DNA of 57,790 nt, counting the filler, from Gonapodya sp. JEL0774 (Eukaryota): the NCBI GenBank assembly GCA_027604505.1. It is 3 parts of 3 records of this genome, joined end to end, with 100 filler letters (N's around TTAATTAATTAA, not from the genome) between each part and the next. Parts side by side here need not be neighbours in the genome. Positions count along the whole stretch, not along the records: positions 19,448 to 38,659 come from JADIIX010000255.1; positions 38,760 to 57,790 come from JADIIX010000256.1; 1 more part is not named here. One strand, 5' to 3'. Positions 36,550 to 48,632 of the stretch are shown in pieces (the first letter of the stretch is position 1; every line of letters begins with the position of its first letter). Below the pieces are notes generated by a model. It was not told the origin of the DNA. It searched no databases and saw only the letters and a program-made list of their open reading frames with translations. The translations under genes were made by a program, and so were the position numbers.

Positions 36550-37764
36550 GTGTTGAACACTGTCAAAAGGGCACAACCGTACACTCTTCCTCAACGCTTC
36601 AGGGATGGGCGGGAATCGAGTCGCACTACCGCACCGGAAAGCGGATCAAACCCATCCGCATCGCAAGAAGTACAGGGGATCCAGCGTGGCAAAGGACAGA
36701 CGGAGACACCTCAAGTCTCCACAGGACTCAAAAGACAGAACAGCATTGGTAGTCAGAACGACAGCCTACGATTCAAACGTCAACGTATCCCCACCGCATC
36801 AGCAATGCTGGTGGCGCCCGCAAAGCGGAGAGTTAAAGCGTCAGATATTCCAGAGGAAGTTCTTTGGATGATTTTTCGGATCGTGTACTTACAATGCCAG
36901 AATCAGAACAACTTGAAGAATGATCGCGGTGCAAGGACGGATTCATGAGCGTTTATGCGCTTTTCACGCTTATCAGGAGAAGCGATGGTCTTTCGAGGGA
37001 GACTACCCGTTCAAACACTGGTCATTCCCGTCGACTCCGTGGGTTCTGTCACACCATTGCCTATGGACCGCCCAGGTTACAACGTTCTTACAGATCGGCA
37101 CAAGTTACGTCTCCATTCCGGGGAAGTGGTGCAGAAACCTTTCGCAGTTCGTGTTCGTAAAGACCATTGGTTGGGTACTATTGTTATCCAACCCCGGGAA
37201 TGGAATCGAAATTACCCGCGAGAACCACATGGAGACAATCTCGCCGGTCCCGTCGAACGTCTCAGCGACGAGCAACTTATAGCAGAACATGAACTATGTC
37301 GTCCTGGGAAAATGGTCTATCTGGGCACTTTTTACAAAGTCTCACGGCTCTCACCGGTATTTGTGTACTGGCTGCCACCGGCCTCTGGAGAGGGACCTGT
37401 TTGGGAAGCGCGAGATTTGAAGGAATTCGTCATAAGGATGATGGAAGCCCGGCTGAGAAGACGATTGGTGGTCGGGATCTCCAATTTCGTCATGAACTTT
37501 ACAATTCTTGAGCATATCTCGGATATAGTGTTCTGCTTTCACGCTCTATGCATGGGTTTCGATTGGGGTGAGGGTCGGTTTAAATTGGCCAAGTACTCCC
37601 GTAATCGGCAATTGTACTTTCGAGGAGTGTGTACTGATGAGATGTGGCGAGACAGCCCGTTTGGACTGGACACATGGGTGTCATGGCGGTGGGATGACGG
37701 ACCAGCCCCAATGCCCCAGGAATCGTTACAATGCATTTTAGAAATGTATGCACATATTTGGTAG
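36550..37764 (+). pseudogene. F-box protein paralogous to 3139-4470, with in-frame stop at 36946-36948
   Basis: DIPEEVLWMIFR F-box start; ORFs 36550-36948 and 36955-37764 are in the same frame; shares DxPGYNVLT, WEAxD and EHI with the first F-box protein. Confidence 0.65.
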
Positions 37765-38659
37765 TTTTTCGAATAATAATTCCAATTAAAGTAGTTCAAA
37801 TGGATACACCCACCGCCTCCTTCCAGAGGAATCCACCTTGGTCCGCTCGCCAATCTCCACAACTGATTGGTCCTGAGCACGACACGTTTATCCTGCGTCT
37901 GGACTCGCAAAAAACTCCACCAGTTGCCAGGCATCGCCCACCCGTCCATTGTCCACAGCGTCAGTCAGCCAAGCGTCGAGTGTGGCGGACAGTTTGTTTC
38001 TGAGTTGAAGAAAACATTGTGGTGTTTCTGCGGTCACGCTCTTTACCCCGTTCTTCACTTTCCACTTGCCTCTTTCTTCACTGGCCGGCATATGGGAAGA
38101 CCAAAGGATGGAAGACATGCGGCGAACGTGGAGGGTTGTTGCTGGCGGCGAGTTGCGTCATATGGTGTCGGGGACTATTTTCCATCCCGCACGACTGAGC
38201 AATTATGTCTCAACCCCGCATTTTGGTTGACCGTAGGTCGGCTAAGCTGGTCGAAATATGACGTTTGCTGCACAGGACGAGAGTCATTGACGCCTTAGGG
38301 GTGGAGTGGGGTCAGAACTTTGAACACGTCAGATCGCTAGATTGTCGATTGGGAGTTCACGGAGGGTTTTACAGCAGAAGAATAAGATATAGAGTAGGCG
38401 GTCTACAGGTTTTTTTTTGATCGAATCAATGTTTCATCGACAATCAATTTCGAAACCGTTCGCCATCGCGATCGAAGACTCACCAACCGCGAAACCAGCC
38501 CGTTCTCAAGGCATCGACAATAGCGACGACTATTTTCAATCGTCCTTTGTCATTATTAGCGTCCGATAAGTGCGATCCTGTGCGCTGTCGTGAAGAAGTC
38601 AATCCCAAAGAGAAAGACGATGATGCCGGCACATCGAACTGCCAACTCTTGGAATCCAT

Positions 38660-38759
38660 NNNNNNNNNNNNNNNNNNNNNNNNNNNNNNNNNNNNNNNNN
38701 NNNTTAATTAATTAANNNNNNNNNNNNNNNNNNNNNNNNNNNNNNNNNNNNNNNNNNNN
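38660..38759. other. Assembly gap with artificial TTAATTAATTAA spacer
   Basis: N run with spacer at 38704-38715. Confidence 0.9.
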
Positions 38760-39127
38760 GGAAGCGAGGAGTCAAGTGTTTGCGTGTCATATTTTCATTT
38801 ATGATGAGTCTTGGAATCCGTCGACACTATCCCTTACTGAATTGATGTGATCCAATCTTCTACGTGAATTGAATTGAGACCAACAATTTGTGCGGGCTGC
38901 CCAGAAGACCAGAGTTTGGCGCAAACTGACTCGATAATTGCGGCTATCAAGTACGAACCCCCTCCAGCAAAACTCGACAATATCGAATTAACCACGAAAG
39001 CTGTCCTTGCATTGTGTCGGTCTGCATTGGGAGTACATGAAATTGCTTCCACATTGAATCAAGAGTACGTTGAAATAGAAACACGTGCTCATATATACAA
39101 AGAAGTAAGGTGACCCCTCACAACGGG

Positions 39128-40355
39128 CTAAAAACTTTGGGGTGACATTGCTACGCTCGCCATACGGGCCATACTGCCCGCCACCCGATTGGCGAAGTCC
39201 AATATACGCGCTCGATACCGACGCACTGCAGCAAGAAGTCCAAGTATAGCAAATAGGATGGCCGGAATAGCGGCCAAAAACTGTTTGTGAAAGCGCAAGG
39301 AGGATCCACCAACAGTCGCCACTACGTAGTCCCCGTCAATTCGCACTGAAGAACCATTGTCTTTCGGGTCCCTCCCAGTGACCGCTGGTACAGTTGATGG
39401 GCGGTTCGCAGGGTTGACTGAATCTGAAACGTCCCTACTCGGCTCATTCTGGCTCCCGGGAGCTGTTGGTGGCGCAGTCTGAATGCGCTTCGAGAGGCGG
39501 CCCTCCCTCCCGCCCTCCTCCAGTCTCCGGCTCGCTTCCCGACGAGACTGCTCAGCTTCTCTTGCGGCGGCTGCGGCGGCCTCCATTTTGGTCATAACTT
39601 CGTGTTGGGCTTTCAGGAGATTTATGGATCGGTCATACACCTACGATGGTTGAAACACCACAAGCAAGGAATAAGAACATGTTGACCACTCGAAGCGCAG
39701 CAATTTGAAAGCGCACCGTTTTTCGAACCGGTTGGAGGATGTCATTATAACGGAGGAACTCCTCAGCGAGCTCAAAGTCGGCGAGCTGGGGTAGAATGTG
39801 GAGGAGGTAAAGCTCCGTAACCTGTGGCCATGATGAACCGACAGCAACATCATTTGACATGATAGGCTCACATCACACCATTCGGACTACTCAGTTCTTC
39901 ACCTGCTCGTACGTTGTTGTTTCCGGTTCCCGTGTTGCAATCACCGCGCGAAGGTATTCATCCGAGCAACTACCCAACCAATTCTCTGCTAGATTTTTCG
40001 CTTGATGATAATCTTTGCTCTTGATTTTCAATTGCAAACTGATGGCGATCAACCGGTTGTGAATGCTCCATGAGGAGGAACACAATGGCTGAAACGCACA
40101 GAAGATGCCAACTTACAGATACACCACTACGTCCCCCGGAAGAGTGACTAGATTCGGATATGCAGACAGCACTCGTTCCATTGCTTTCCCCTTTCCCGCA
40201 CGGTACGATAGCTCCAAGTAGAACCGAATAAAGCCATCGTAACCTCTTAGTTTCGGATCCTGCCAGGCCTCATCACATATTTCTAACGCTTCGTCAAACC
40301 GTTTGATTAGAAAGAGGGTATGGGCTCGTTCCAGCGAGGATATTGTGACTGGCAT
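39128..40355 (-). CDS. PEX26: Pex26-like tail-anchored peroxisomal membrane protein, 4 exons
   Basis: LFLIKRFDEALEIC...YEQV-TELYLLHILPQLADFELAEEFL resembles the fungal Pex26/APEM9 core; C-terminal TM followed by basic residues. Confidence 0.62.
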
Positions 40356-40460
40356 TTTGTGAGAATGAACGACAAGGCAGCCATGTAGTGCCAGTGATCT
40401 TGTATGACTACTAACAGGAGGTCCAGCTCCCCGCCCTCTGAGTCCCATTGATAGTTCAAA

Positions 40461-43400
40461 ATGCAGAATATGGTCAACAAGGCGAGCATCATCATATTCA
40501 TTTACACCTCTCGAGACTGCGTTTTGGCCTTACTGGCGCGCTCCTATTGCCGCGTTTCACCCGAATACACTCCAACGCGAACGCCAACACCATTAAAACA
40601 CCAATTCAACTGGATTCCTTCCGACTGTCCTTCCGACTGCCTTCATGGGACAATGTGCATAGCTTGGGGCGGTGTGAGTGCAACGGAAGCAGTAGTTTGT
40701 GTCGTTATCCATATCAACTCCTCTCCTCCAATTCTTCACCCAACTGGTCTTACTCTCGCCGTTGTCGCGCCAAATAGAGCCGTTCCGAAGAGCAAGTTCT
40801 TCACGGCAGCTAAAAAGGGGGAGAACTTTGAGCTCAAGGCTGAGCTCAACTCTGAATACAAGGACAAGCGAAAGGATGCCGTGAAGCGGGTAATGTAAGC
40901 ATTCCAATGAGGAATGACGCATTTTTTCTGGGTGAAAGATTTGGATGGACATTGGGTGATTTGGAAGAATACACCTCTCCCAGTGGAAACAGTGTTTCAT
41001 AAAACGTCTCGGGTCGATCATCCATCTGAACAAGCAAACTTGGTGGACCCACGTTATGCCACGTTTTCACTTGTGCCCTCGCTCATGCTCACTTGCGTGT
41101 TGTTTTCAGTGCCAACATGACTGTCGGGAAAGACGTGTCAAGCCTGTTCGCCGATGTTGTTAAGAACATGCAGACGGAGGACCTGGAGCTCAAGAAATTG
41201 GTCTAGTATGTATCTTTGATACTTGCCCTCTGGCTGCAAGCATTTCTATTGTTTCTTCGGCCTTCATAAACCCCTCTTACCACACCCACAATAGCCTATA
41301 CCTCATCAACTACGCGAAGTCCCAGCCCGAACTTGTCATCTTGGCTGTCAACACCTTCGTCAAAGACACTGATGACATCAACCCTCTTATTCGAGCCTTG
41401 GCCATCAGGACGATGGGCTGTCTTAGGGTGGACAAGATTGTGGACTACCTGTGCGAGCCGCTCAGAAAACTCCTGAGGGTGACTATCTTCTCCCATCGTA
41501 TGTTTCAAACCACTGCCTTTTAACAGTGGCTCCTTCATCTGGCTTCTCTACGACTACCTCGGTCGACAGGACGAGAATCCCTACGTCCGCAAAACTGCCG
41601 CCATCTGCGTTGCCAAACTGTACGACCTGAATCCCACCCTGGCCACCGACAACGGTTTTCTTACAACACTTCAGGACATGCTCTCTGACTCTAACCCCAT
41701 GGTCGTCGCAAACGCGGTCGCGGCCTTGGGTGAGATCAACGAGAGCGCAGGGAGGAATGTGTTTCAGGTCAACTCGCAGACCCTCAGCAAGTTGCTGGGG
41801 GCGCTCAATGACTCTACAGAGTAAGATTCCCTGTTAGCGTTATTCGTACTACCGAGGCTGGCGTTGATACCAGCCGTTGTGGGAAGGTGGGGCCAAATCT
41901 GCATACTAAAGTCGCTCGCAGAGTACACACCGCAGGACAGCAGGGAAGCTGAAAGCATAGTTGAAAAGGTTCTGCCTCGCTTCCAGCACGCCAACGGGTC
42001 TGTTGTGCTTGGCGCCGTTAGAGTGAGCACTTCAAGGCTTCACGAGTGTCACGAGTTCGGATTGACCCGTGTGATGTCAACACGCAGGTCATCATGATAT
42101 ACTTCAACTATGTCACGAATGAAGAAGTTGCTAAGCAGATGTCACGGAAGTTAGCTCCTCCTCTTGGTGAGTAACACGAATAGTTTTGTTCCGTAGCAAC
42201 CTCTCACTCTCTTCTTGCCCTCAATGCACAGTGACCCTGCTCTCTGCGGAACCGGAGCTCGCCTATGTTGCTCTGCGCAACATTAATATCGTTCTTCAGA
42301 AGCGAGAGGATATCTTCAACCAAGACATGAGGGTGTTCTTCTGCAAGTTCAACGACCCTCCTGTGGGTTGTGATCCACGCGAAATGGTCACAAAGTTTCA
42401 CAACGACTGACTGTGATTGCGTTTACAGTATGTGAAGCTCGAGAAGCTCGACGTAATCATCCGGCTTTGCAACGAGAAGAATGTGGACCAAGTTTTGTCC
42501 GAGCTGAAAGAATGTGAGAAAATCCGCCCGGTTGTATTTCTGAAAGGCTTTTCACCCTATGTCTTTACTATCACTCAAAAATAGACGCCAACGAGGTCGA
42601 TGTTGACTTTGTACGCAAGTCCGTCAATGCCATCGGCCGTGTAGCGATAAAGGTCGAGAGCGCTACCGAACGCTGCGTGAATCTCCTCCTGGAATTGGTT
42701 AAGGGAAGCCAGGAGTATGTTGTCCAGGAAGTTATTATTGTTATCAAGGTCTGTACAGGTGGCAGCTCCGTTGCTCCGTGGGGCTCTCTTGACGTCCATT
42801 GTTGTACTCTCAGGATGTCTGCCGCAAGTACCCTCGTCGATACGAATCAATTGTCCCCATTCTGTGCCAGCATACCGAGAACCTTGAGGAGCCTGTCGCA
42901 AAGGCTGCGCTCATTTGGCTCGTTGGAGAGCATGCGGAACGTGTGGAAAACTCGGCACAGCTGCTTAACGGTTACCTCGAAAACTTCAAGGAAGAGTATC
43001 CCCAGGTTAGTGTGTCATTTTTGGTGATAGTAAGTGGGAAGTGTGAATAACATGATCTCATATATGTCGTTGTAGGTTCAGCTCCAACTCCTAACGGCCA
43101 CTGTCAAAATGTTTTTGAAGAGGCCAACGCAGGGTCAGGAACAGGTTCAAAGGGTTCTGCAGCTCGCATCTCAGGGCTCAGACAATCCAGACCTGCGCGA
43201 TAGGGCGTACGTGTACTGGCGCCTGCTCTCGACTAACCCCCAAGCTGCAAAGGTGGGTCGGTTAATGATGGGTGTTTGTGTTCTGCCTCCTCCATAATCT
43301 TATCCTATCACATCACCACAGACCGTCGTCCTGTCAGAAAAGCCTCCTATCGAGAGTAGTGCCCCAGTGATCAACCAGAGCTTGCTCGACGAACTCATCC

Positions 43401-44294
43401 ACAACATCGCGTACCTTTCCTCGGTTTACCACAAGCCTGCGTCCACCCTGGGTGGCTCTAGCAGCCCGGTGGCTGTCACAACTATCAGGTGAGTAAAAGT
43501 CTGTGGGCTGTGAGTGGAAGAAATCTCGCTTCAGCTATGTCGTCCGGCGACTTGTCAGGCCCTTCACCGAGATTCCTGCCGATGAGACACAAGGTGGACC
43601 CGCTCCCATGGCAGCCGTCAAGAACGAAGAAAATCTTCTAGATCTCGACTTTGACGACGAAGGTCTCTCGACTCCCGGAATTGGGGTAGCGCCAAGCTCA
43701 GCCTCAACCAACGCGATGAGCGATCTCTTGGATGTTCTTGGCTCCCCGTCATCCGCCCAGCCAAGTGGGTTAAATGGATTGGGCTTTGGGGCGCCGCCGA
43801 CTGCAGTTTCCAAACAGATTGTGCTTCCTGCTGGTGAGATGTTACTCGTACGAATTGGAGCTGGCACGTGTGAACTGAGTTTTCATGAAAATTTCAGCTG
43901 TTGGCAAGGGCTTAGAGATTGCAGCTGGAGTTTCTCGGCCGGGACAGGTTATGCAGCTGACTTTCACAAACAAAGGGACTGTCGCTATCCCCGACTTTGC
44001 AATCCAATTCAACAAGAACTCGTGGGTCTCATAGGGATTTTAGAAAGGCACGCACCGCGCACCGAATCATTGTCTCACCCATTGCTCTCCTGTCACGAAT
44101 TCAGCTACGGCCTCTTCCCCGCTGTAGCACTTCAAGTCCCTTCACCTTTGGGTCCGAACCAATCCGCGGAGGTCACTCTGCCGCTTGTGGCAAACCCACA
44201 GCACGTGCAGGTTATGAACCCGCCGAATCTGCTGCAGGTGGCTATCAAAGCTGGGCCAGAAGTGCATTACTTCAATGTCTTCGTTGAGGGATGA
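40461..44294 (+). CDS. APL2: AP-1/AP-2 adaptor complex beta subunit (beta-adaptin), multi-exon
   Basis: [14 protein letters not shown]...[15 protein letters not shown]...[14 protein letters not shown]...[13 protein letters not shown]...[17 protein letters not shown], a clathrin-box-like LLDLD hinge and an ear segment. The first exon is uncertain. Confidence 0.93.
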
Positions 44295-44534
44295 GAGGGA
44301 AGGTCGAACAACTTGTTGTATCGTTTATGTAAATTTTGTCCTATCACAAGTACGTAATAGTTGTTGTTGAGTCTCGCTCGGCGCAAAGATGCACGTGTTT
44401 CTAAGCACTCCGGGGATTTGGGGACGACCTGTTGCCGGAAGCGCGAAGAGGGTACGATACGCGCCAGTGTTGCAACGACTGACCCTCTCTCTCCCTTCAC
44501 ACTCCCGACAAACCCGGAAAAAACTTGGAACAGG

Positions 44535-46107
44535 ATGACATCGAACGGTCACGTGACAAGAGTAAAGCCTGAGATTGATTGGAAAAATTTGGGATTTTGT
44601 GAGTCCTCGGGCCTCTGCTCGTTCTCTGCAATCTCGATCCACAATTGCTCGTCCGAAACATCCCAATCGAACTTCAGCATACATCAAAACACATTCGCAC
44701 ATTGAGTACAAATGGAAGAAGGGGCAAGGATGGGACGACGGAAAGCTTGTCACGGAACCTTTCTTGAACTTGCACATTGCTGGTGAGGACACAGTGGACG
44801 AGAATCATGATCCTTACTGGAAACCAAATCCATCCTAATTCATCAAGCCACTGGACTGCACTATGGACAATCCGCCTTTGAGGGCTTGAAGGCCTACCGA
44901 ATGAAAGATGGCAAGGTTCGTTCGAAGGCGACAAACGTTTGATCCATCCAGTGGACGACGAGACTTCCGCGCCCGCAATTCTTTGCTCTTAAGACAAACA
45001 TGAACTACATCGCTCTGCCACCTCCGTTATCTTTCAGGTCCGGCTCTTCCGTCCCGACAAGAATGCCGAGCGGATGCAAATCTCAGCGGATGCTGTTTGC
45101 ATGGTCGCACCTCCTCCCTCACTTTTCCTCGAAGCATGCCGGCGCGTGATCATTGACAACCTTGATTTTGTACCGCCGTATGGCACTGGCGGCTCCCTCT
45201 ATGTGCGCCCACTGCTGTTCGGGTCCGGACCACAGATTGGTCTGCACGAGGCGGATGAATACACGTTCCTAGTGCTTGCGATTCCCGTTGGCGAGTACTA
45301 TAAGGGAGGTGTGTCTGGGAGCGTGAAGGCGCTCATTCGGAACAAGCTTGACCGGGCTGCACCACACGGCACTGGTGAGCAGCTTCCCCTTTAAGCGTGT
45401 GTGCAGGAACATGGCACTGTATAGCTTTTAACTTTACTGGCAGGTCACGCGAAGCTTGGCGGAAACTATCCTGCTGCAATAGGCCCCGTTAACGAGGCTC
45501 AAAAGATTGGATATCAACTGCTTCTGTTCCTGGATCCCGCGTCTCACACTTACGTGGATGAATTTTCTAGCAGCAACTTCATTGCACTCACGGCTCCGGA
45601 CGCGGATGGGCGGAGAACATACGTCACGACCAAGAGTGAGAGCATTTTGAACTCTGTGACAAATCGGACATTGAGGGAGATTGCGGAGAAGAAGCTAGGC
45701 TGGAAAGTGGATGTACGGAAAGTTGCTTTTGAGGAGGTGAAGCAGGGGAACTTTACTGAGGTGAGTGGCGAATTGCTCGCTGGGATGAACGGTCTTCTGA
45801 CGAACTCGCAGGTTGGAGCTTGTGGTACAGCTGCTGTTATCAGCCCCGTTGGAATGATTGGCTATGAACATGAAGACGGGCGGATTGAGGAGGTGAAGAT
45901 TGGCGACGGCTCCGTCGATGGTGAGCGCACGCTCGAAGAGCACAGCTGAGCTGTCTGGATGCTTTTAAATGATGACGCCGTTGACTCGTCCCACCATTCT
46001 TTGCTTCAGGGTGGAAAGCGCTTTTCAAGGAGTTCTCAGCCTTGCAGGTTGGTGAATCCGACGGTTGGGAACAGTGGGGATACCACTGGCCGCTGGAAGG
46101 GATATAG
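44535..46107 (+). CDS. ilvE: Branched-chain amino acid aminotransferase (class IV PLP), bacterial/plant IlvE-like type
   Basis: IDWKNLGF, LHYGQSAFEGLKAYR, LFRPDKNAERM, VPPYGTGGSLYVRP, DRAAPHGTG-HAKLGGNY and EVGACGTAAVISP; stop at 46105-46107. Confidence 0.92.
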
Positions 46108-47184
46108 ATTTCATCATACGTGACTTGTGTGAAAAATATTGGATTCTTCCAATAAAGTGGTGTTGTATGTACAGCAAAGCGAAAGGTTCGACCCTGCCAG
46201 GTTCTGCTACATTCGACGACAGATATGAACTGTCGGCTTCACGGCTCCAATTCCCCGAATAATCCGAACTCAACAACTTCACCTGGATCCTCAACAATAC
46301 TCGGACTTCGCCGATTGACGCGATGGCACTGAAATTACCTCGGAATCCCCTTCTTATCTCAGGGTGTGTTGAGAGAGGAGCTGTTGGCACGCATTTCACT
46401 GCTTCCTCATGCACTTCCCCCTGCTACGTCCTCTATTCGGTTGAACCTGGCGAATCAACAGTGTCTCTGAAATCACGTTGGCTGTTTACTTAGGTGCGAA
46501 TCGGACACCTTATTGCATGTGATTCCGAACAAGTTTGCGTAATTATCTCGTTCACGGCAGGATGGGTGATCGCAGCGATGGGAGCGGGGAAACCGATTGG
46601 ACCATTCAAACATCGGACGTTGCTTCTGTGAGCTCAGTAGCGACAAAGCTTTGTTCTTGAATGTGGGAATTCTCACATACAGTTACGTGCGCAACTTGTC
46701 GATGATATAGCAAAGGGCACATAGACTACATAATGGTATGAGACTCGCAATGCTTCCATTTTGAATGTTTGGGACGTTTAGATCAAAAATTTGTGTCCCT
46801 CCTTCAGATGGGAACCATTCAGATCGCACTATCGGCGACCGAGTTCTCACGTAGTATCGACCCACGTGTGCTCTGGCCTTTCATGGGTGCTTGCTGGCTA
46901 AATGCCAGTCTATTCCTTGTTGGAGCTGTATCATCGCAGGGAAGAGACGTGTATGCAGACCCTTCCCTGCAAAAGGTGTCAACTCTCAGCTTCACGGTGA
47001 AGACAATAAGCTGGACGTATATGATGCTTAAGGCAATTCGGGAAGGGTTTTAATGATGAAAGTACTTTAGTCTTTCAAATAATGCAAATAATATTTACAC
47101 ATTGTTTCGCGATGGTCTCTGCAGGGCACTCACTTGATTCCTGAGGATGACATCAGCACAAACAGGAAACTCACATGACTCAAA

Positions 47185-47530
47185 ATGACAGAACTTCAAG
47201 GTACAGAGCACCTTTTGGAGCTTACACCTTCCACTGTGGAGTCAAACTTTGAACGTGGGGAGGTATACTTTGTTGGGACTGCAACAGTGATCATGAGGTG
47301 AGATTGGACTTCAGTAACACGATACTGAGGCTACAACACCTGACAACTACGGGTTTGCCAAGTTATGGACGCTTTTGTTTCATGACAGGTAGGTAGGGTG
47401 ATGGGTTGAGTCAAACTTACATGTATCTTGTACAATTGCTGCAATTATTATTCAGACCCAAACTTTCTCCACAAAGGAGATCATGCTCATTTGGGACCCG
47501 GAGTAGTTGCTGTGAGGTGGACTGAACCCA
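47185..47530 (+). pseudogene. 5' fragment of a metallo-beta-lactamase-fold hydrolase
   Basis: Spliced GEVYFVGTATVIM-YGRFCFMT-DPNFLHKGDHAHLGPG. The HxHxDH core is absent and the gene runs into the tandem array. Confidence 0.65.
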
Positions 47531-47589
47531 TAATCTCACTGGATGGCATATGAGACATTGATTTTATTGGTGCCTGGAAACTTCAGTAG

Positions 47590-48632
47590 TTCACCATGCA
47601 ATTTTGCTGCAAGCTTAGGGTCACAATTCATTCCAACCTTGCAAATGCGCAGTTCACACCCATTCAAGGGCAGGAATCAAAGATCTGGCTTGGTATTCAG
47701 CCTGGGTCTGGGTTCTTGTGTGACGTCTGTGTGCAGCAGGTGCCGTGTGACAATTTCCATCCATTTTGGCCCCCATGGCCACAGTCTCAATAACATTCAT
47801 GATCATGATCTTCACAAACAGAGACTTGGAACGGTTGCCTTTTGTGTGCTCAAGAATCAGTTTGGGTGTTCAAGTTGGTGCTGCAGGTCAGCATCCTAGC
47901 AACTTCACTCACTTCACCATGCAATTTTGCTGCAAGCTTAGGGTCACAATTCATTCCAACCTTGCAAATGCGCAGTTCACACCCATTCAAGGGCAGGAAT
48001 CAAAGATCTGGCTTGGTATTCAGCCTGGGTCTGGGTTCTTGTGTGACGTCTGTGTGCAGCAGGTGCCGTGTGACANNNNNNNNNNTCTGGGTTCTTGTGT
48101 GACGTCTGTGTGCAGCAGGTGCCGTGTGACAATTTCCATCCATTTTGGCCCCCATGGCCACAGTCTCAATAACATTCATGATCATGATCTTCACAAACAG
48201 AGACTTGGAACGGTTGCCTTTTGTGTGCTCAAGAATCAGTTTGGGTGTTCAAGTTGGTGCTGCAGGTCAGCATCCTAGCAACTTCACTCACTTCACCATG
48301 CAATTTTGCTGCAAGCTTAGGGTCACAATTCATTCCAACCTTGCAAATGCGCAGTTCACACCCATTCAAGGGCAGGAATCAAAGATCTGGCTTGGTATTC
48401 AGCCTGGGTCTGGGTTCTTGTGTGACGTCTGTGTGCAGCAGGTGCCGTGTGACAATTTCCATCCATTTTGGCCCCCATGGCCACAGTCTCAATAACATTC
48501 ATGATCATGATCTTCACAAACAGAGACTTGGAACGGTTGCCTTTTGTGTGCTCAAGAATCAGTTTGGGTGTTCAAGTTGGTGCTGCAGGTCAGCATCCTA
48601 GCAACTTCACTCACTTCACCATGCAATTTTGC
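47590..48632. repeat. 323-bp near-identical tandem array (at least 3 units, spans a gap)
   Basis: atgcaattttgc at 47596, 47919, 48298 and 48621; the 10-N gap at 48076-48085 is flanked by a duplicated stretch of about 46 bp. Confidence 0.92.

Noticed and set aside
47590..48632. Repeated ORFs in the 323-bp array as genes
   Set aside because: The unit length is not a multiple of 3 and no domain is recognisable; the ORFs are by-products of the repeat.
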